A DNA stretch of 64,000 bases from Rhizophagus irregularis (taxonomy: Eukaryota), in contig NC_089429.1 in the NCBI RefSeq assembly GCF_026210795.1, positions 3,906,001 to 3,970,000 on the forward strand. The letters run 5' to 3'. Shown here one piece after another: positions 11,967-24,049 of the stretch. The position numbers were made by a program, and so were the translations under genes. Numbering within the stretch: the stretch's first letter is position 1; each line of letters begins with the position of its first letter. The notes under the pieces were generated by a model that saw only the letters and a program-made list of their open reading frames with translations, was not told the origin of the DNA and ran no database searches.

Positions 11967-13019
11967 ATCTCATGCGTCGCCTAAGCATAGTAGCAATATT
12001 TTTTTTTATATCTAATATAATACTCCGAAATAATTTATTAAATAGGATATATATTATTCTGAATATATAGGATATACAGGATATACAGGATATATAGGAA
12101 GATATTATTCTAGACGTATAGGATATATGGGATAAATAGGATATTTAGAAAGATTGTATTATTCTGATTGTATAGGATAAGTTTATTATCTCGGAAATAA
12201 ATTCATACATTTTTTTTCTAATATATAACCATGCTGATATTATGTCCAATGTGCATACATTAAATGATATAAAAGATAGAGAGGGTGGTTCTTATAAAAA
12301 ACCTGGTCATCGGCTAGGTAGTGCATATGAGCAAGAGCTCAAAAAAAAATTAAGATCTGTTACCGAATTTAACTCTGAGATTAATGATCTCAGTGAAAAG
12401 CTGGTAGATAAGTACAATGAGCGAGAAAAGGAGTCTCAGCGAACCTATGCTGATATTAGAAATAAGATTAGCCAGTTAAATGCGTCCAGTGCTAAAGTTA
12501 AATCCCAGCTTATTTCTGAACGGAAGTCTCATTCTGAGAGTTATCGTGAGCTTGAAGCCAAATATACTGCCGAAATCAAATCGCTCAAATCTTCTATTAA
12601 ATCATTGAAGAGAGAGGCAACTTTGGCCCAGAAAGTTTCGTCCGCCGACAAGATCAAGATTCTTTCTCTTGAAACTAAAGTACGTGAATTGGAAGGTAAG
12701 TTGGATGACTTGGAACTAGAACAGGTGCTCCACGATTTGAATGCAGTGGGAGGGGTGATAGAGGAGCCAGCCCAATCTGATCCTAAAAAGATCGATTCTC
12801 TCAGGCTTGAATTGGATCGAGTGAAGGAGGACCTTAATTCAAAAAATTATGAAATAGAATGTATGGAAAAAGGGAAAGAGGTGTCGGATAACATATACAA
12901 ACGGGAGCTAGATATTCGGTCTTCAGAACGATTAAAATTGATGGAGGAAAATAGTTCCCTCAGGGACCAGTTAGCGTTAAAGAAAGAGCCAAGAGGCGCT
13001 TCGCATAATGAAGTAGATA

Positions 13020-14610
13020 CAGTCACCCCTCTCTACAGCGAACCTCGATATAGCGAATAACATGATATAACGGATCATACAATGTGGTACCGATTTTAAA
13101 TATGAAAAAAACCTTGATATAACGAAGTTTACTATTTATTTACCATATAACATAGTACGAAGTAAAGTGTGTGAATTTCTTATATAAAAATGCCTCTCGA
13201 TATAACGGATTTTTTTTATAACGAATTTTTTTCAGTTATAACGAAAAATTTCTTTATAATTAAATGTAATTATTAATAAATATTGATGCATTATGACATT
13301 AAATATCACCCCTGTGTTTTATATTTAAATTATGGATCAGGATTGTATCAGGATCGTATCAGGATTAATAATTCTGGCTATTTTATTTAATATTTAGGCA
13401 GAATTACATTAATTTACATTAATTCGGTTGTATTAGGATTCGATGTGAATTGTTATTAATTTATATTTATCACAGGGGTAAGGACACTCCTAGTTAAATT
13501 AATATATCATTAATAATTTATTTATTATATAGTCAGTTATTGTTAAACAGCATTCCTACAAAAAAAAGGAATTATAATAAACCTTTTTATATAGAACACT
13601 TCAGGAAGCATTCCCTATAATAAAAAAATAAAAAAAGAACATTAGTAAATATTCTTAAACGAAATTAAAAGAAAAAATTGAGTTGTCCCACTTACTTCTT
13701 GTCTCAAGCGTTCATTTCGAAGTCCCTACAATAAAAAAAAATAAAAAAGAATATTAGTAAATGTTCTTAAACGAAATTAAAAGAAAAAATTGAGTTGTCC
13801 CACTTACTTCTTGTCTTAAGCGTCCATTTCAAAGTCCCTACAATAAAAAAAATAAAAAAGAACATTAGTAAATGTTCTTAAACGAAATTAAAAGAAAAAA
13901 TTGAGTTGTCCCACTTACTTCTTGTCCCAAGCGTCCATTTCAAAGTCCCTACAATAAAAAAAATAAAAAAGAACATTAGTAAATGTTCTTAAACGAAATT
14001 AATAAAAAAAATCGAGTTCCCCACTTACTTCTTGTCTCAAGCGTCCATTTCGAAGTCCCTACAATAAAAAAAATAAAAAAGAACATTAGTAAATGTTCTT
14101 AAACGAAATTAATAAAAAAAATCGAGTTCTCCACTTACTTCTTGTCTCAAGCGTCCATTTCGAAGTCCAGGAAGTTCCCTATAATAAAAAAATAAAAAAA
14201 GAACATTAGTAAATGTTCTTAAATAAAAAAAATTGAGTTCCCCACTTACTTCTCGTCTCAGGCGTCCATTTCGAAGTCCAGGAAGTTTCCTACAATAAAA
14301 AAAATAAAAAAAGAACATTAGTAAATATTTTTAAACGAAATTAATATAAAAAACCCCCCAGTTCCCACTTACTTCTCATTCTAGGCATCTATTTTGAAGT
14401 TTAGAAAGCACCCCTATAAAAAAAAGATTAAAAAAAATGTTAAATTATCAGTAATCAGATCAACAAGTCACATGATCTGTATAACCGATATTCCTATACC
14501 GAAGAATTCATTATACAATACCGAATAATTCGTTATAGTGTTAACGAAGTTGCTTATAACGAAGCCCTGATCAGCTGGAACCTAGGGTTCATTATATCGA
14601 GAGGGGACTG
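13020..14610. mobile_element. Non-autonomous Tc1/pogo-like element, TA TSD
   Basis: TA|CAGTCACCCCTCTC ... GAGAGGGGACTG|TA with subterminal ATAACGA repeats. Confidence 0.8.
13600..14420 (-). repeat. Tandem repeat, 7 x ~110 bp, each unit = intron + 30/40-nt exon
   Basis: On the minus strand each unit is GTAAGT...ACTAAT...T-rich...TAG followed by GGACTTCGAAATGGACGCTTGAGACAAGAA. Confidence 0.85.
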
Positions 14611-14616
14611 TACTCT

Positions 14617-15609
14617 CAATGTCGGACAACTTCCCGACAACCTTTTTCCTGACATACCCTTTGCCTGACAATGATTACCTGACAAGACATATTCCCAAAT
14701 GTATATTTTACCGACATGACACATTCCCTAATAGACATTATACCTACATGTTAGTTTTCCCGACATGACATTATCCCGACAACACATATCCCAACAGAAA
14801 TTTCCTGACATGTTGAGATGATTTACAAAAAGTAAATGTATCATGTTTATAAATATAAATATAAATGACTGTTATTAACAGTTCTTTATTTTCCTTTTTT
14901 TTCAATGTGATTTTTCACGACCAGCATGGTTTATATATATATATATATATATATTTAATAATTATTTCATTTTTTTTAATAATTTTTTAAAACCGTTTTA
15001 ATTTACTTTTTTATCTAAATTTATTTTTAATTTATTATCATTTTTTTTAAAAAATAACTATTTTATAACAATTTTTTTTTAAAAAAAGGTTTCTTAAACC
15101 GTTGTACTTTATAAGACATGGATATATTTAATAAGACAATTGTCTTATGGCAAATTCTTTTTTAAAAAGTTGTTAAAAAAATAACTGGAAATAAATAAAT
15201 GCAACTAAAATAAATTTTTGTAGGGACACAACGGGTTGCTGCAAGTTATTTTATTAAAAATTTGCACTATTAAAATGAAATATATAGTGTACATGAAATT
15301 GCGAATTTTTACTAAAATAAATATATGAATAAACAAATAAAAAAATTTTCTCCATATGTTTTATTTTAAATAATTGGGAAATTCGGGAAATCGCTTTTTT
15401 TAATGTATATGTCATGTCGAGAAAATGTCTGTCGGGAAATGTGTTGTCAGGATAATGTCATGTCGGGAGAACTAACATGTCGGTATAATGTCCATTAGGG
15501 AATGTGTCATGTTGGTAAAATATACATTCGGGAATATGTCTTGTCGGGTGATCGTTATCAGGCAAAGGGTATGTCGGAAAAAAGGTTGTCGGGAAATCGT
15601 GGTGTAACC
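14617..15609. mobile_element. Non-autonomous DNA transposon with ~190-bp TIRs (MULE- or hAT-like), 8-bp TSD
   Basis: Left arm of CCGACA repeats (14630-14812) is inverted to the right arm (15410-15600). TSD is GATACTCT/AATACTCT, with the left copy split by the pogo-like insertion. Confidence 0.75.
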
Positions 15610-15934
15610 AATACTCTACCCCTGCCTATGAATGATTCATCACAACCTTCCACTCTTAATCCTTCGTCCCAAATAATTTCTGTGGGTGGCACAGAAGCGG
15701 TATCTTTACAGGCGACTGCTCTTATCGTCACGAGCTTCTTGATGTCGCCTATATTAATATATTCTATACTTACCTTACTACTTATTGCAATTATATGGAT
15801 CGTGGTTGGGAAAAAAATATGGAATATATGGAAAAAAAGTAACCAATTTTTCACCTACGAAAATTATATAAATAGGGATCATGCAAAGCGCCTTTCGCCC
15901 AGACCAGATCATTATTATTTTCAATCCTAATCGA

Positions 15935-16273
15935 CTACCGTATAAGTACTGGCGCAAATGGAACATCTTTGAATCTTTTCTTGGTGTGAGCTAATAGCTT
16001 TTCTGGTAAATCTTTGGGCGGATTTATTAAGACTTTTTTAGCTTGGACCACTGTACATGCTAATAACCAGCCAATATGGATCAGGTTACCTCCTTTACCA
16101 TTATGACCATGCTGTAGTAAATATCGATAGTCGTCCATTACGATATCTGCCATTCCTTCCTGATCTGCTATTATTTTACGAAACACCCACCTATCATCTT
16201 CTGTGATTGGGAGACGAATTTTGTTAGGTTCGAAGCCTATGTACTGGGAAACTTGGTCGCGTAGTTCAGCCAT
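15935..16273 (-). CDS. Hypothetical protein of the virus-like block
   Basis: Intact 112-aa ATG ORF whose stop lies 4 bp from the stop of the opposing gene. Confidence 0.55.
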   Translation of the reverse strand: MAELRDQVSQYIGFEPNKIRLPITEDDRWVFRKIIADQEGMADIVMDDYRYLLQHGHNGKGGNLIHIGWLLACTVVQAKKVLINPPKDLPEKLLAHTKKRFKDVPFAPVLIR

Positions 16274-16843
16274 TATACCAATAAAGCTTATCTAAAATAT
16301 GTGTTTTTGGCTGGGGCCCCGGCTGAAATTTGCCAAATTATTATATGCGAAAAATACTAATGATCATCTCTGGGCATATCCGAGGCTGAGCTATATGATC
16401 GGAGATCAGAGAGATGTTCGCTTTGCAAACTCAGGTCGAATATAGAAATTGAAGTTAACCGGTAAATAAATATCACGAAAAATAATTCTAAGACAATGTT
16501 GTACAAAATAAATCTGGCCAATAAAATTTGTTGCGGTCACGTTACAGTAAATTTTTTGGTGGTGTTCTTGGGGTAGTTAATCTTGGTGTAATAACACTTG
16601 TTGCAATAATAAAAACAAATTCTGTCACACAAACAACTAGTACAACTAGTGACAACTTGCGATAAAAAAAAATCATCCCACGATGTCGTATGATCTTTAT
16701 TAGTTTTCTTTTTTGTATTTAAGCCATTAAGATAGCCATTACTTCTTATAAATAAAATAAAATAAAATTTAAGCCATTAAGATTTTTAGGGGTTTCGAAA
16801 ATTACTTTTTTGCTTACAGTTAATATTAATAAAACGGAAAATA

Positions 16844-18446
16844 ATGTTTAAAAAAATCGTCAAATTTCTATTCTTCTCAACTTATTTTTTCCCTACTGCA
16901 TTAGCAAGAATACCGATTTCTGATATGTTTAACTTTGAAACAAAGGAATATGTTCCCTATATAATCGTCACTTTAATTCTTTTAATTACGCTTATTCCAA
17001 AACAAAAACTTCTACTTAAATTTATCAGGTCGATGATCTCTTTAATCTTGATATTCTTCTTAGCTCTTATTTTCCCCCTTCTATTCTGTTACAAAACACA
17101 AGGCTTCAGCAAGTTTATGATAGTTTTAATAGCTTTCTATTGTTCAATAATAACATGTATTATAATAATATGGTGTATTTTTAAATGTATAAAAAATGAA
17201 CTAATGAAAACAAAATTTATTGTCTCTGGAACCTTGATAATCCTCATAGCATTCATTTTCCCACCTTTATTCATATATGTGGCAGATGGTCTTAGCAAGT
17301 TAACAATAATTTCAACGGCCTTATATTGGAGAACTATTGCATCTATTTTAATAGCAATTATAACATTTCTAATTTCAAAAGACGAGTTAAATAAAAAAAT
17401 AGAAATAGCCATTATAATCCTCGCAATACCTTTAACATTAATTATGATAATTAGTCATCAACCTTTAGTATTTTATGCAACAAATAATCTTGATAGTGTA
17501 ACAATAACCTATTTGGTTTTACTTGATAGTCTTATTTTTATTGTCAATTTTCTTGAATTAGCAAAAAGACACTTCACTTCTTATTGCTCACCAAAATTAT
17601 TTACTTGGGGCGGGATAATGCTTGTTTTAATATCGTTGTCAATGGTTATTTATAGTGTAGTAATTGCGATCAAGTTTGGTTGGAAATACTCTTATATTAC
17701 AGCTATAGTTAGAGATGGGCATGTTATATAACAATATAAAATAACACAATGTTATATAACATATATAACATATATAACAGTTATATAACATAAATAACAA
17801 TGTGTAACAAATATAATACTGGCCAAAAAAATTGTATAGTGACTATAATTCTAGCCAAAATTATATTAAAAAATTTCTGATGTGATCGACGAAATAATTT
17901 CCTTTTTTGATTCTTGTGTAACAACTGTCAAAGATTTTCTCAATTTTTATTGGGAGACAAAATTTCCTTTTTTGGATTCTTGTGTAACGTCACGTGATAT
18001 GTGCCGAAATTAGAACTTAATTCCGGCTAACTTAAATTAATTTTGGCCAATTTTGTTATATAATGTTATATAATGTTATATATGTTATATATGTTATATA
18101 ACTAATATCAAAAAATGTTATATATGTTATATATGTTATAAATGTTATATAACGTGTTATATGCCCATCTCTAGCTATAGTTATTAATTTAGTGGTGTTC
18201 TATTGCCTTGAACTTTTATATAAAATGAAAATAGTTGGATATATAATAAGTACCATTTTATTTGGAGTAGATTACTACATTTTATTTTATACATTCCAAA
18301 ATGAAGTCAATTCAATTTCGCTCTTACTTTTCTGGGCAGATTTATGGAGTATATTATTTATAATTTATGTTAGCATTGAAAATGAAAGGGAAAATGTTGA
18401 GGGGGAAGAACCAGATTTTGATATTGAGAATTTCATATCACAATAA
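16844..18446 (+). pseudogene. Multi-pass membrane protein (~376 aa when restored), disrupted by a hAT MITE
   Basis: Signal-peptide-like N-terminus and about 10 hydrophobic segments. Removing 17710-18181 joins YITAIV|INLVVFYCL in frame. Confidence 0.75.
17710..18173. mobile_element. hAT MITE (464 bp)
   Basis: TIR TAGAGATGGGCAT; perfect 8-bp TSD GCTATAGT. Confidence 0.92.
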
Positions 18447-19180
18447 GTATTATTATTACTATTACAATTATATATATTATATCCCATCAGTATTATGTAT
18501 ACACCAGGTAACTATTTCATTTCATTACACTCCCATGCAATAACTTTAGGACCACCTTATATTTAATAATATTAAATAAAGTGTATTGTTAATTAAATAA
18601 GATTTCTTTAAAAAAAATTTTTGTCATAATTCACATAACAAATTACAAGTGTATGATGATCATATATGGAAATGTAAAGATCGGATGATTTTTAGTGCTT
18701 TTATGTATTGGACTTTGAAATTTGATCTAACCATTAATAAAGTTAAACTAACCATAATTCCCAATTTGTATGAAAAACTCTCAAATATGCAACATGCCCA
18801 TTTCTTATTGAATATTCCACTCTATTTTTTATGTGGTTAGATTCACATAAATAATGTATGTATTATCTCTTTAAAAAACTTTTTTTTCGCTAGCATTTTT
18901 TTGCGCAAGAAGCATGGTGTATATGCAAGAAACTAGTATAAACTAACAGAGAAACTAGCAAAGTTCAAAATAAAAATTTTATATAATTTTGAACGAATAT
19001 GCTTGCTAGTAAAATATTGGATCAGTGGTAGTACCCCAAAGTGATCGATGTGGTAGTACTCCAAAGTGGTCGATGTGGTAGTATCCTAAAGTATCCCAGA
19101 GTAGTAACTATACAGGAATAGGGTCTAGAAGCTAAAAACAAGCAAAAAAATGGTGACCCACTCAAGCAGAATTATATATA

Positions 19181-20093
19181 CAGAGGGCGATCAGAATTAT
19201 CCGGCCACTTTTCAAGTTGGAAAAACTTATATATATATAATATAGCAATAATAAAAATTTAAAGTTAAACAAATTCATTATGTCTTTGTTTACTAATTTA
19301 GATAAAATTTTAATAATAAATTCTATCTCCATTTGCAAAAATAACTTCCCAATTCAATTAGTTATGCCATTGATAAATTTTTTATAATATTCTGGAGTAA
19401 TACCTTTTAATGCATCTTTAACATAGTACTTTTCAAGTAGTTTTATCAGAAAATTTAATAAGGTATGCAAGCATAATGTTGAAAAAGTATTATACCATAA
19501 TATTGCATATTAATTACAGGTATTATTCAAGTGTAATACTATATATGTAAATTATGAAATTTTTCGAGTTTGCGAAATTCGCAAATTTTAAAATTTAAAA
19601 TTGTATGTTAAGGATATTTCAAGATCTAGTGATTGAAATATTGTAATTTTGGGTTTATCAGATTCGTCTCACTGAGAGGATTTGAATGGTAATAATTTAA
19701 TATTTGTAGGATCGATATTCATCACATGATTACGCTCTAAAAGCCTAAATGTCACCTACGATATTTTCTGATCCTGTGATTGAAATTTTACGATTTATAA
19801 CTCTTTTGATCCGTCTCATTGAGACGATTCGAATGGTGGTAAGCACAGGTCTATCAGACCAATATTGGCGGAATTATGATATTTTTAAGATTTTTAAGTT
19901 TGTTTACACAAAATTGTAAAATTTATAAAATTTATACAATAGGTGATATCATATTTTCGAAAAATATGAAGCATGGGAATTTGTTTATTGTGATTATAAA
20001 TACAAAATTATATTTATTTATATTACATTAACACATCATAATCTACAAAATTTTAGCAAAATAAACTGGCCGGATAATTTTGATCGCCCTCTG
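19181..20093. mobile_element. Non-autonomous Tc1/mariner-like element
   Basis: TA|CAGAGGGCGATCAGAATTATCCGGCCA ... TGGCCGGATAATTTTGATCGCCCTCTG|TA. Confidence 0.9.
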
Positions 20094-20356
20094 TAGGAAA
20101 GAAAAAAGAAGTTATGCTCGAGTGAATCACCAGCAGGTGATAGGCAGGAAAGAGATTGGGAAGGCAAAAAGGTTTAGGAGAATACACGAAAAAAGGGTAT
20201 AAAAGCCATATAGCCTGAACTAATTCGGCATTTCGTGCCTCATCCTCGGCAATCAAAAAGGTCATAGAAGGTGGGATTGCAAGAATGGCACAACATCGGC
20301 ACTTTGTGCCTCACCGGCAATCAAAAAGTGAGTGAATGGATTGCGGTACATGAATT

Positions 20357-20795
20357 TAAGGTTGCTTGCCAAAATCAAGTAGTTTAGGCCAAGGCCGAAA
20401 CTTTTTTAAAACCGAAAGTTTAGACAATTAAAAGTAAATTTGCCGAAATTATACAATGCCGAAACTTTTACCGAAAGGCCGAAATTTGGCCGAAATTATT
20501 GGCCAACATTAATACTATAATTCTGGCCGGAATAATGATCGACGTGTAAATTTCCTTTTATGGAAATTTGTGTAACACTTGTGTGACACATTTCTCCGAT
20601 TTTACTGGGAAACAAAATTTCCTTTTTTGGAAATTTGTGTAACGTCACGTGACACAATATCATAATTTCGGCCGAATTTTAATTTTGGCCAAAATTAAGA
20701 CCGAGTTTCGGCCTAATTTCGGCATTTTCGGCATTTGATTTGATTGGCCGAAACCTTTCGGAATTTCCTTTTTAGTTTCGGCAGGTACATCTTTA
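20357..20795. mobile_element. Probable hAT MITE (GCCGAA subterminal repeats)
   Basis: Starts TAAGGTTGCTTG like 40185-40428; inverted GCCGAA/TTCGGC arrays and the shared internal cassette. TSD not clear. Confidence 0.55.
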
Positions 20796-21334
20796 GCAAA
20801 TAGATGGATTGCAAATTCGGCACTTTGTGTCTCATCCGGCAATCAAACAGATATCTCCAAACCACTGCCTTGAATGTGACGGCAAGGTAATGGGAAAGAG
20901 CCCGCAACTAGCCTGCAATAAGCTCGCAACTAGTCCGTTACCCAAAATTTTTGGCGCAGTAAATTTCAATTAATTTTGGCCAGCACTATTCCATAACTTC
21001 GGCCAGATTTTTGGATATAATAATTCGGCACCTAAGCTGGCATAAAACTGGCGAACAAATAGAAACTCTCTGGCTCCCTATTAGTTCCCTACCAATTCCA
21101 CATCAGCTCCATAACAGTTCCATGACACTACCAGGTTGCTACCATGACGCCAACTTGGATCTATCAGATCATGTATTCTAAAGATCAGTCAGAAATTAAT
21201 CACAGATCTACTGCGCCACCCGACATGATATTTTTTTACCATATTTCTGCATCTAGAAAGATAACCAAATAGGCGCGCACCTCATCCATATTTACTAACC
21301 AACAGGTCACAAAAAGAGAAAATAGACCCCATTT

Positions 21335-21535
21335 TTAAGACATATTAATATGTGTATTATAATATCCTAGGACATATTAATTAATAGATTATAACGTCCT
21401 AGGACATTAATTAATAGATTATAATGTCTTAAGACATATTAATTATTAGATTATAATATCCTAGGACATATTAGTCTTGAACAAGTAGTGTCCTAAAACA
21501 TATTAATATATTAATATGTCTTAGGACACTACTAT
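21335..21535. repeat. Short tandem/inverted repeat (~30 bp, TCCTAGGACATATTAAT)
   Basis: Four to five direct copies plus an inverted copy. Confidence 0.6.
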
Positions 21536-22349
21536 TTTATTATAGTATAATTACCTGGCCTCTCTCAAAATCTCGTTCTAAATTCGCGATAATATCTTTG
21601 GCCAGTACGCGTTCACAGCCGCCGCCCAGGGTTACCATTACGATAAAGGACATAGTTCTAAATATCAAAATCAGTTTGAATATTCGATAAATACATTTAA
21701 TTTATATGAATGTAATTTTATTTATTTACTTACATGGTAATCCCTGACGAGGTTCCTCCACTTTTAGCTGCATTGTTGCCCAGAAACCCTCGTTCTAAAT
21801 ATTCTATTTATTCTGATTCAATTAAATGGATTGGTTAATTTGAATTTAAATTCTTTCTTAAAGAAATTATAGATATTAGTTATATGAACCTATTGGCAAC
21901 AGAGTCCCAAAAATCATGGCGGCTTCTACCATTAATATTGTGGTAGGCGCGGTTTCTGTTCTTGGCGTATGTCAACAAGTTCGTCCATCATAGCCCAATT
22001 CTAATGGACGTTATAATGGGAATGACGTGAACGTGTGTGGTGAAGCATTATTAGATTTGATTTGATTTTTATAATTTGATTTTGGGATGAGTAAAAATTT
22101 GAAAGAAAGTCGTAAAATGTCACTTTAAATAAAATTTGAACAATACCTCTTTGGTTTGATTTTATTTCTCGTTTCAATTAAAATTTAATTTATTAGACTT
22201 TTCATCATTAAACATTTTAATTAAATCTCATGCGGATATGGATTATCTAAATATAAATATGATTAAATCAAAAAATAAAAAAAATCTTAATTTGATTTCA
22301 ATTAAAAATAATTGAAAATCATGTATATGTTTAATTGTTTTAAATATAA

Positions 22350-22616
22350 GGCAATTTCTATTTGTACACGGGGTGTTTAAACACGGGTCATATTAGTAGA
22401 TTAAAAACGGCATTCAAAACCTCCTTTAATGCCTTAAGTAAATTTGCAGAGCAGGTGAAAATACATATATTTATCTGTAATATAATAAGAATAAAAAGTA
22501 AAAGAGTATAATGTCGGTAGCATTCAATTTCAAATTAAAAAACAAAAAATTAGTCTATTAAAAATTATATTTATATGACCCGTGTACAAACACCCCGTGT
22601 AAACTTAGAAATTTTC
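22350..22616. mobile_element. MULE-type MITE
   Basis: TIR containing TACACGGGGTGTTT..ACACGGGTCATAT; perfect 9-bp TSD TAAATATAA. Confidence 0.85.
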
Positions 22617-23379
22617 TAAATATAAATATCAATATATCATATTTAAAAAAAACAATTTATTATTAGCACATTCTATTGAATTTTAAATATTTCGCATACA
22701 TTTCTTAAAAAAATTAATTTTTTTTTAATCAATTTAATTTAATTAAAAATAATTGAAAATCATGAATTATTTTAAATATAAATATCAATATATCACATTT
22801 AAAAATAAAACAATTTATTATTAGCACATTCTATTGAATTTTAAAAAAATCAATTTTTTTTTTAAAAAAAAATCAACAATATATCATATTTAAAAATAAA
22901 ACAATTATATTCTGATTAAATATTTTGTGTACATTTCTTAAAAAAATCATAAAAAAAATCTTGTACATCGTACATGCAATTACTAAATATCATCCCCTTG
23001 TAATAAATAAAAAATTATGCAACACAAATTCAACACAAATTTAACACAAATTTAACAAATTTAACGAAATTTGGCCAAAATTAATAATTTTTTACCAGAA
23101 TTATCAATACAAATTGAACACAAATTGAACACAAATTTCAGTCACAATTTATTTATGTCACACCCGCTGTATGATGTACATGATTTTTTAAAATACAGAT
23201 TTCCGTAATTTTACGATATCGTATTTTCTGGCCAATCAAAATTAGGCTAATCCTTGCATATAATTTAATCATTTAATCATGCATGCGTTTTTTGTCTTAT
23301 TTATTTTTGTCTCTTATTTCTTTATTCTTTTGTTCAATATTTTTAATTTTTTGTCTCTTCTTTCTATTATTTCTTTAAT

Positions 23380-23950
23380 TATATACAATATATTTACATA
23401 TATTTCATAATTTATTGCTTTGCAGATATAGAAATATTTGTTTATTAATACTAATTATTTTCATTTTTTTTTACTTCTTTATTACTTTGTGTCGTAATAC
23501 TAACAATAATATCCATGTTTCCTTTATTCCTTTTTACTTGTACTTTAATACTAATGATACTAACAATACTAACAACATGTTTGTTTTTTCCTTTCTCTTT
23601 ATTTCTTTATTCTTTTGTTCAATTACTTTGCAGGTATATAAATATTTATTTATTATTACTAATTATTTTAATATTAACGCGTTTTTTTACCTCTTTGTTA
23701 CTTTATGTCATAATACTAACAATACTATCTACGTTTTCTTTATTCCTTTTTACTTGTACTTTAATACTAACGATAATATCCATATTTCTTTTACTTCTTT
23801 TACTGTTTCTTTAACTCTTTTTACCTTAATACTAACAATAATAACAATATTTCTTTTATCTTTATATCTAATACTAACGTTACTCTCTTCTTTTTACGTC
23901 TAATAATATTGTTACTTTTTACTCTTTCTTTTTTTTACTTTTATGTATTC
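23380..23950. repeat. Low-complexity degenerate tandem repeat (TAATACTAAC; ~200-bp duplication)
   Basis: tttattcctttttacttgtactttaatactaa occurs at ~23523 and ~23739. Confidence 0.6.
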
Positions 23951-24049
23951 TGTATATATTAATAAATACTTGTAATTTTTTATGGTTTAATAAAATTATA
24001 TCTAATAAAACATACATTATATAAACTTATAGTACAGAAAATGAAGTAT

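Larger units (their letters stand above)
12242..15930 (+). pseudogene. Coiled-coil protein with C-terminal transmembrane segment, split by two insertions (~364 aa when restored)
   Basis: Removing 13020-14610 and 14617-15609 plus their TSD copies rejoins ...HNEVD|TLPLPMND... in frame. Hydrophobic stretch ILIYSILTLLLIAIIWIVVG. Confidence 0.75.
4420..16450. mobile_element. Degenerate Polinton/virus-like element (A32 ATPase + integrase-nuclease + Gag-like + retropepsin); termini not identified
   Basis: About 9 tightly packed intron-free ORFs on both strands with very short intergenic gaps and higher GC than the flanks. See component features. Confidence 0.65.

Noticed and set aside
13600..14420. 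CRISPR array or ORF 14109-14318
   Set aside because: Whole units repeat; the ORF is a read-through of intron-like repeat sequence.
20880..22060. Slightly GC-richer segments that might be gene or RNA fragments
   Set aside because: I could not recognise an ORF, tRNA/rRNA signature or bounded element.
23415..23903. Hydrophobic ORFs resembling membrane proteins
   Set aside because: They arise from a T-rich degenerate repeat, with no protein motifs.
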